DNA of 64,000 nt, taken from NCBI RefSeq assembly GCF_009914755.1, contig NC_060933.1. One strand, given 5' to 3'. Under the pieces are notes generated by a model. The model worked only from the letters and a program-made list of their open reading frames with translations, was not told the DNA's origin and ran no database searches. Shown here piece by piece: positions 56,901-64,000 of this stretch. How positions within the stretch are numbered: the stretch's first letter is position 1; the number at the start of each line of letters is the position of its first letter. Both the position numbers and the translations under genes were made by a program. The DNA is from the human T2T-CHM13v2.0 reference genome, Homo sapiens.

Positions 56901-58550
56901 GGAATCAACGCGAGTGCAGGGGAATGGAATGGAATGGAATGGAATGGAATGGAATCATCCGGAATGGAATGGAATGGAATGGAATGGAATGAAAGGCAAT
57001 GGATTCAACTCGATTGCAATGGAATGGAATAGAATGGAATGGAATGGAATGGAATGGAATGGAATGGAATGGAATGGAATGGAATTGAATGGAATGGAAT
57101 GCCTTCAAACCGAATGGAATGGAAAGGAATGGAATCAACACGAGTGGAAAGTAATGGAATGGAAAGGAATGGAATGGAATGGAATGGTACGGAATAGAAT
57201 GGAATGGAACGAACTGGAATGGAATGGAATGGAATGGAATGTAATGGAATGGAATGGAATCGTTCCGAGTGGAATAGGAGGGAATGTATTCGAGTGGAAT
57301 GGAAAGGAAAGGAATCAACCAGAGTGGAATGGAAGGGAATGGAATGGAATGGAAACTAATAGAATGGAATCAAACCGAGTGGAATGGAATGGAAAGGACT
57401 GGAATGGAATGGAATGGAATGGAATGGAAGGGAATCAACTCGATTGTAATGGAATGGAATGGAATGAAATGGAATGGAATGGAATTAACCCGAATAAAAT
57501 GGAATGGAATGGAATGGAACGGAAAGGAGTGGAATGGAATGGAATCAACCCGAGTGCAGGGGAATGGAATGGAATGGAATGCAATGGAATGGAATCATCC
57601 GGAATGGAATGGAATGGAATGGAATGCAAAGCAATGGAGTCAACTCGATTGCAATGGAATGGAATGGAGTGGAAAGGAATAGAATGGAATCAACCCGAGT
57701 GGAATGGAATGGAAAGGACTGGAATGGAGTGGAATGGAATGGAATGGAATGGAATGGATTCAAATCGATTGGAATCGAATGGAATGGAATGGAATGGAAT
57801 GGAATGGAAAGGAATTAACCCGAATAGAATGGAATGGAATGGAATTGAACGGAAGGGAATGGAATGGAATGGAATGGAATGGAATGGAATGGAATCAACC
57901 CGACTGCAGGGGAATGGAATGGAATGGAATGGAATGGAATGGAATGGAATGGAATCATCCGGAACGGAATGGAATGGAATGGAATGGAATCAACTCGATT
58001 GCAATGGAATGGAATGGAATGGAATGGAATGGAATGGAATGGAATGGAAAGGAATTCACCCGAATAGAATGGAATGGAATGGAATGGAATGGAATGGAAT
58101 GGAATGGAATGGTATCAACCCGAGTGCAGGGGAATGTAATGGAACGGAATGCAATGGAATGGAATCATCCGGAATGGAATGGAATGGAATGGAATGGAAT
58201 GGAATCAACCCGAGTGCAATGGAATGGAGTGCAATGGAATGGAATGGAATGGAACAACCCGAATGGAATGGAATGTAATGGAGAGTAAGGGAGTTGAATA
58301 GAATCAATCCGAATGTAATGGAATGGAATGCAACGGAATGGAATGGAATGGAATGCAATGGAATGGAATGGAATGGAATGCAAAGGAATGGAATCAACCA
58401 GAGTGGAATGGCATGGAATGGAATGCAATGGATTGGAATGGAATGGAATCAACTCGAGTGGAAAGGAATGGAATGGAATGGAATGGAAAGGAATGGAATG
58501 AAGTCAACTCGAGTGGAATGGAATGGAATGGAATGGATTGGAATGGATTG

Positions 58551-61190
58551 CAATGGAATGAAATGGAATGGAATGGAATGGAATCAATCATTCCGAGTGG
58601 AATGGAAGGGAATGTAATGGAGTGGAAAGAAGGGAATGGAATCAACCCGAGTGGAATGCAAGGCAATGGAATGGAATGGAAAGGAATGGAATGGAATCAA
58701 CTCGATTGCAATGGAATGGAATGGAATGGAATGGAATGGAATGGAATTAATCGGAATAGAATGGAATGGAATGGAATGGAATGGAATGGAATGGAATGGA
58801 AGGGAATGGAATCAACACGAGTGCAGGGGAATGGAATGGAATGGAATGCAATGGAATGGAATAATCCGGAATGGAATGGAATGGAATGGAATCAACTCCA
58901 TTGCAATGGAATGGAATGGAATGGAATGGAATAGAATGGAATGGAATTAACCCGAATAGAATGGAATGCAATAGAATGGAATGCAACGGAACCGAATGGA
59001 GTGGAATGGAATGGAATGGAATCAACCCGAGTACAGGGGAATGGAATGGAATGGAATGCAATGGAATGGAGTCATCCGTAATGGAATGGAAAGGAATGGA
59101 ATGGAATGGAATGGAATGGAATGGAATGGAATGTAATCAACTCGATGGCAATCGAATGGAATGGAATGGAATTAACCCGAATAGAATGGAATGGAATGGA
59201 ATGGAACGGAACGGAATGGAATGGAATGGAATGGAATGGAATGGAATGGAACGGAACGGAATGGAATGGAATGGAATGGAATGGAATTAACGCGAGTGCA
59301 GGGGAATGGAATGGAATGGAATGTAATGGAATGGAATCTTCCGGAATGGAATGGAATGGAATGGAACGGAATGAAAGGCAATGGATTAAACTCGATTGCA
59401 ATGGAATGGAAGAGAATGGAATGGAATGGAATGGAATGGAATGGAATGGAATGGAATGGAATGCCTTCAAACCGAAAGGAATGGAAAGGAATGGAATCAA
59501 CACGAGTGGAAAGGAATGGAATGGAAAGGAATGGAATGGAATGGAATGGTACGGAATAGAATGGAATGGAACGAACTGGAATGGAATGGAATGGAATGGA
59601 ATGGAATGGAATGGAATCGTTCCGAGTGGAATAGGAGGGAATGTATTCGAGTGGAATGGAAAGGAATGGAATCAACCAGAGTGGAATGGAAGGGAATGGA
59701 ATGGAATGGAAACTAATAGAATGAAATCAACCCGAGTAGAATGGAATGGAAAGGACTGGAATGGAATGGAATGGAATGGAAAGGAATGGAATGGAATGGA
59801 ATCAACTCGATTCTAATGGAATGGAATGGAATGGAATGGAATGGAATGGAATGGAATTAACCCGAATACAATGGAATGAAATGGAATGGAATGGAATGGA
59901 ATCAATCATTCCGAGTGGAATGGAAGGGAATGTAATGGAGTGGAAAGAAGGGAATGGAATCAACCCGAGTGGAATGCAAGGCAATGGAATGGAATGGAAA
60001 GGAATGGAATGGAATCAACTCGATTGCAATGGAATGGAATGGAATGGAATGGAATGGAATTAATCGGAATAGAATGGAATGGAATGGAATGGAATGGAAG
60101 GGAATGGAATCAACACGAGTGCAGGGGAATGGAATGGAATGGAATGCAATGGAATGGAATAATCCGGAATGGAATGGAATGGAATGGAATCAACTCCATT
60201 GCAATGGAATGGAATGGAATGGAATGGAATAGAATGGAATGGAATTAACCCGAATAGAATGGAATGCAATAGAATGGAATGCAACGGAACCGAATGGAGT
60301 GGAATGGAATGGAATGGAATCAACCCGAGTACAGGGGAATGCAATGGAATGGAATGCAATGGAATGGAGTCATCCGTAATGGAATGGAAAGGAATGGAAT
60401 GGAATGGAATGGAATGGAATGGAATGAAATGGAATGTAATCAACTCGATGGCAATCGAATGGAATGGAATGGAATTAACCCGAATAGAATGGAATGGAAT
60501 GGAATGGAACGGAACGGAATGGAATGGAATGGAATGGAATGGAATGGAATGGAATGGAACGGAACGGAATGGAATGGAATGGAATGGAATGGAATCAACG
60601 CGAGTGCAGGGGAATGGAATGGAATGGAATGTAATGGAATGGAATCTTCCGGAATGGAATGGAATGGAATGGAACGGAATGAAAGGCAATGGATTAAACT
60701 CGATTGCAATGGAATGGAAGAGAATGGAATGGAATGGAATGGAATGGAATGGAATGGAATGGAATGGAATGGAATGCCTTCAAACCGAAAGGAATGGAAA
60801 GGAATGGAATCAACACGAGTGGAAAGGAATGGAATGGAAAGGAATGGAATGGAATGGAATGGTAAGGAATAGAATGGAATGGAACGAACTGGAATGGAAT
60901 GGAATGGAATGGAATGGAATCGTTCCGAGTGGAATAGGAGGGAATGTATTCGAGTGGAATGGAAAGGAATGGAATCAACCAGAGTGGAATGGAAGGGAAT
61001 GGAACGGAATGGAAACTAATAGAATGGAATCAACCCGAGTGGAATGGAATGGAAAGGACTGGAATGGAATGGAATGGAATGGAATGGAATGGAATGGAAT
61101 CAACTCGATTGTAATGGAATGGAATGGAATGGAATGGAATGGAATGGAATGGAATGGAATGGAATGGAATGGAATGGAATTAACCCGAAT
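58551..61190 (+). repeat. Tandem duplication with ~1300-1318-bp period (58551-59868 and 59869-~61190); an older paralogue lies at ~55950-57490
   Basis: CAATCATTCCGAG at 58585/59903; ATAATCCGGA at 58861/60159; GGATTAAACTCG at ~59383/60691; AAACCGAAAGG and GTAATCAACTCGATGGC in both copies; CGTTCC module at 59618/60921. Confidence 0.9.
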
Positions 61191-64000
61191 AGAATGGAAT
61201 GGAATGGAATGGAACGGAACGGAACGGAACGGAACGGAGTGGAATGGAATGGAATGGAATGGAACGGAAAGGAATGGAATGGAATGGAATGGAATGGAAT
61301 GGAATGGAATGGAATGGAATCAACGCGAGTGCAGGGGAATGGAATGGAATGGAATGCAATGGAATGGAAGATTCCGGAATGGAATGGAATGGAATGGAAT
61401 GGAATGGAATGGAATAAACCCGAGTGCAATGGAATGGAGTGGAATGGAATGGAATGGAATGGAACAACCCGAATGGAATGGAATGTAATGGAGAGTAAGG
61501 GAGTTGAATAGAGTCAATCCGAATGTAATGGAATGGAATGCAACGGAATGGAATGGAATGGAATGGAATGGAATGGAATGGAATGCAAAGGAATGGAATC
61601 AACCCGAGTGGAATGGCATGGAATGGAATGCAATGGAATAGAATGGAATGGAATCAACTCGAATGGAAAGGAATGGAATGGAATGGAAAGGAATGGAATG
61701 AAATCTACTCGAGTGGAATGGAATGGAATGGATTGGAATGGATTGCAATGGAATGAAATGGAATATAATGGAATATAATCAATCATTCCGAGTGGAATGG
61801 AAGGGAATGTAATGGAGTGGAAAGAAGGGAATGGAATCAACCCGATTGGAATGCAAGGCAATGGAATGGAATGGAAAGGAATGGAATGGAATCAACTCGA
61901 TTGCAATGGAATGGAATGGAATGGAATGGAATGGAATGGAATGGAATTAACCGGAATAGAATGGAATGCAATGGAATGGAACGGAATGGAATGGAATAGA
62001 AGGTAATGGAATCAACACGAGTGCAGGGGAATGGAATGGAATGGAATGCAATGGAATGGAATCATCCGGAATGGAATGGAATGGAATGGAATCAACTCCA
62101 TTGCAATGGAATGGAATGGAATGGAATGGAATAGAATGGAATGGAATTAACCCGAATAGAATGGAATGCAATAGAATGGAATGGAACGGAACCGAATGGA
62201 GTGGAATGGAATGGAATGGAATCAACCTGAGTGCAGGGGAATGGAATGGAATGGAATGGAATGCAATGGAATGGAATCATCCGGAATGGAATGGAATGGA
62301 ATGGAATGGAATCAAACCGAGTGCAGTGGAATGGAGTGAAATGGAATGGAATGGAATGGAAACAACCAGAATGGATTGGAATATAATGGAGTGTAAGGGA
62401 ATTGAATAGAATCAAAATGAATGTAATGAAATGGAATGGAACGGAATGAAATGGAATGGAATGGAATGGAATGGAATGGAATGGAATGGAATCAACCCGA
62501 GTGGAATGGCATGGAGTGGAATGCAATGGAATGGAATGGAATGGAATGGAATGGTTCGGAATAGAATGGATTGGAACAAAATGGAATGGAATGGAATGGA
62601 ATGGAATGGAATCAAGTCGATTGCAGTGGAATAGAATGGAATGGAATGGAACGGATTGGAATGGAATGGAATGGAATGGAATGGAATTAAATGGAATGGA
62701 AAGGAATGGAATCAACCAGAGTGGAATGGAAGGGAATGGAATGGAATGGAAACTAATAGAATGGAATCAACCCGAGTGGAATGGAATGAAAAGGACTGGA
62801 ATGGAATGGAATGGAATGGAATGGAATGGAATGGAATCAACTCGATTGTAATGGAATGGAATGGAATGGAATGGAATGGAATTAACCTGAATACAATGGA
62901 ATGGAATGGAATGGAACGGAATGGAGTGGAATGGAATGGAATCAACCCGAGCGCAGGGGAATGGAATGGAAGGGAATGCAATGGAATGGAATCATCCGGA
63001 ATGGAATGGAATGGAATGGAATGCAAAGCAATGGAATCAACTCGATTGCAATGGAATGGAATGGAATGGAAAGGAATACATTGGAATCAACCCGAGTGGA
63101 ATGGAATGGAAAGGACTGGAATGGAGTGGAATGGAATGGAATGGAATCAACTCGATTGGAATGGAATGGAATGGAATGGAATGGAATGGAATGGAATTAA
63201 CCCGAATAGAATGGAATGGAATGGAATGGAATGGAATGGAATGGAATCAACGCGAGTGCAGGGGAATGGAATGGAATGGAATGGAATGGAATGGAATCTT
63301 CCGGAATGGAATGGAATGAAATGGAATGGAATGAAAGGCAATGGATTCAACTCGATTGCAATGCAATGGAATAGAATGGAAGGGAATGGAATGGAATGGA
63401 ATGGAATTGAATGGAATGGAATGCCTTCAAACCGAATGGAATGGAAAGGAATGGAATCAACACGAGTGGAAAGGAATGGAATGGAAAGGAATGGAATGGA
63501 ATGGAATGGTACCGAATAGAACGGAATGGAACGAACTGGAATGGAATGGAATGGATTGGAATGGAATGGAATGGAATGGAATGGAATCGTTCCGAGTGGA
63601 ATAGGAGGGAATGTATTCGAGTGGAATGGAAAGGAATGGAATCAACCAGAGTGGAATGGAAGGGAATGGAATGGAATGGAAACTAATAGAATGGAATCAA
63701 CCCGAGTGGAATGGAATGGAAAGGAATGGAATGGAATGGAATGGAATGGAATGGAATGGAATGGAATCAACTCGATTGTAATGGAATGGAATGGAATGGA
63801 ATGGAATGGAATTGAATGGAGTGGAATGGAATGGAATTAACCCGAATACAATGGAATGGAATGGAATGGAACGGAATGGAGTGGAATGGAATGGAATCAA
63901 CCCGAGTGTAATGGAATGGAAAGGACTGGAATGGAGTGGAATGGAATGGAATGCAATGGAATGGAATCAACTCGATTGGAATGGAATGGAATGGAATGCA

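Larger units (their letters stand above)
1..64000 (+). repeat. Satellite III (HSat3-type) tandem array, (GGAAT)n with interspersed CAACCCGAGT-family words; pericentromeric heterochromatin of human or a related hominid
   Basis: Seen: continuous GGAAT pentamers from base 1 to 64000 in one orientation, with variants GCAAT, GTAAT, GGAAC, AGAAT and TGAAT and recurring 10-mers CAACCCGAGT, CAACTCGATT and TAACCCGAAT. Established: satellite 3 is (ATTCC)n interspersed with an A(T/C)TCGGGTTG-type 10-mer, unlike the more diverged ~23-26 bp-unit satellite 2. Confidence 0.98.

Noticed and set aside
61116-61180. Pure (GGAAT)n tract as an SCA31-like repeat expansion
   Set aside because: The longest pure run I noticed is only ~13 units, within ordinary satellite and with no flanking unique or intronic sequence.
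295-63970. Hundreds of ORFs (MEWNG repeats on +, IPFHS repeats on -)
   Set aside because: GGAAT and ATTCC contain no stop codon in any frame, and because 5 and 3 are coprime every frame gives the same pentapeptide. The ORFs overlap in all frames and show no recognisable domain, so none is called as a CDS.
1-64000. CRISPR-like pattern of conserved words separated by variable-length sequence
   Set aside because: The intervening sequence is GGAAT repeats rather than unique spacers, spacing is irregular, and there are no cas genes or leader.
1-64000. Telomeric repeat, alpha satellite/CENP-B box, Alu or L1 insertions, RNA genes
   Set aside because: I saw no TTAGGG arrays, 171-bp monomers, poly-A tails or any stretch departing from the pentamer framework.

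Overview
The whole 64 kb window is one uninterrupted block of classical satellite III (HSat3-type) DNA. It consists of (GGAAT)n pentamers on the + strand ((ATTCC)n on the - strand), punctuated every few tens of bp by a small vocabulary of CpG-containing words derived from CAACCCGAGT. I found no inversion, transposon, unique sequence, RNA gene or credible protein-coding gene; the ORF track is an arithmetic consequence of a stop-free pentamer. The word set resembles my recollection of the chromosome 9 (9q12, pHuR98-like) SatIII type, but I cannot confirm placement or species without alignment. The array is not homogeneous: private variants reveal local higher-order duplications with periods of 3634 bp, ~2.6-3.2 kb, ~2.38 kb (x3), ~2.8 kb, ~1.3 kb and 530 bp, plus paralogous blocks ~20 kb apart. 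The most functionally suggestive signal is ~41 perfect three-unit heat shock elements (nGAAnnTTCnnGAAn) carried mostly by one cassette type. A recurring 14-bp palindrome and a cluster of to-T substitutions also stand out. I see no evidence for a new gene system; any novelty lies in satellite architecture and embedded regulatory motifs. All coordinates and counts were read by eye.
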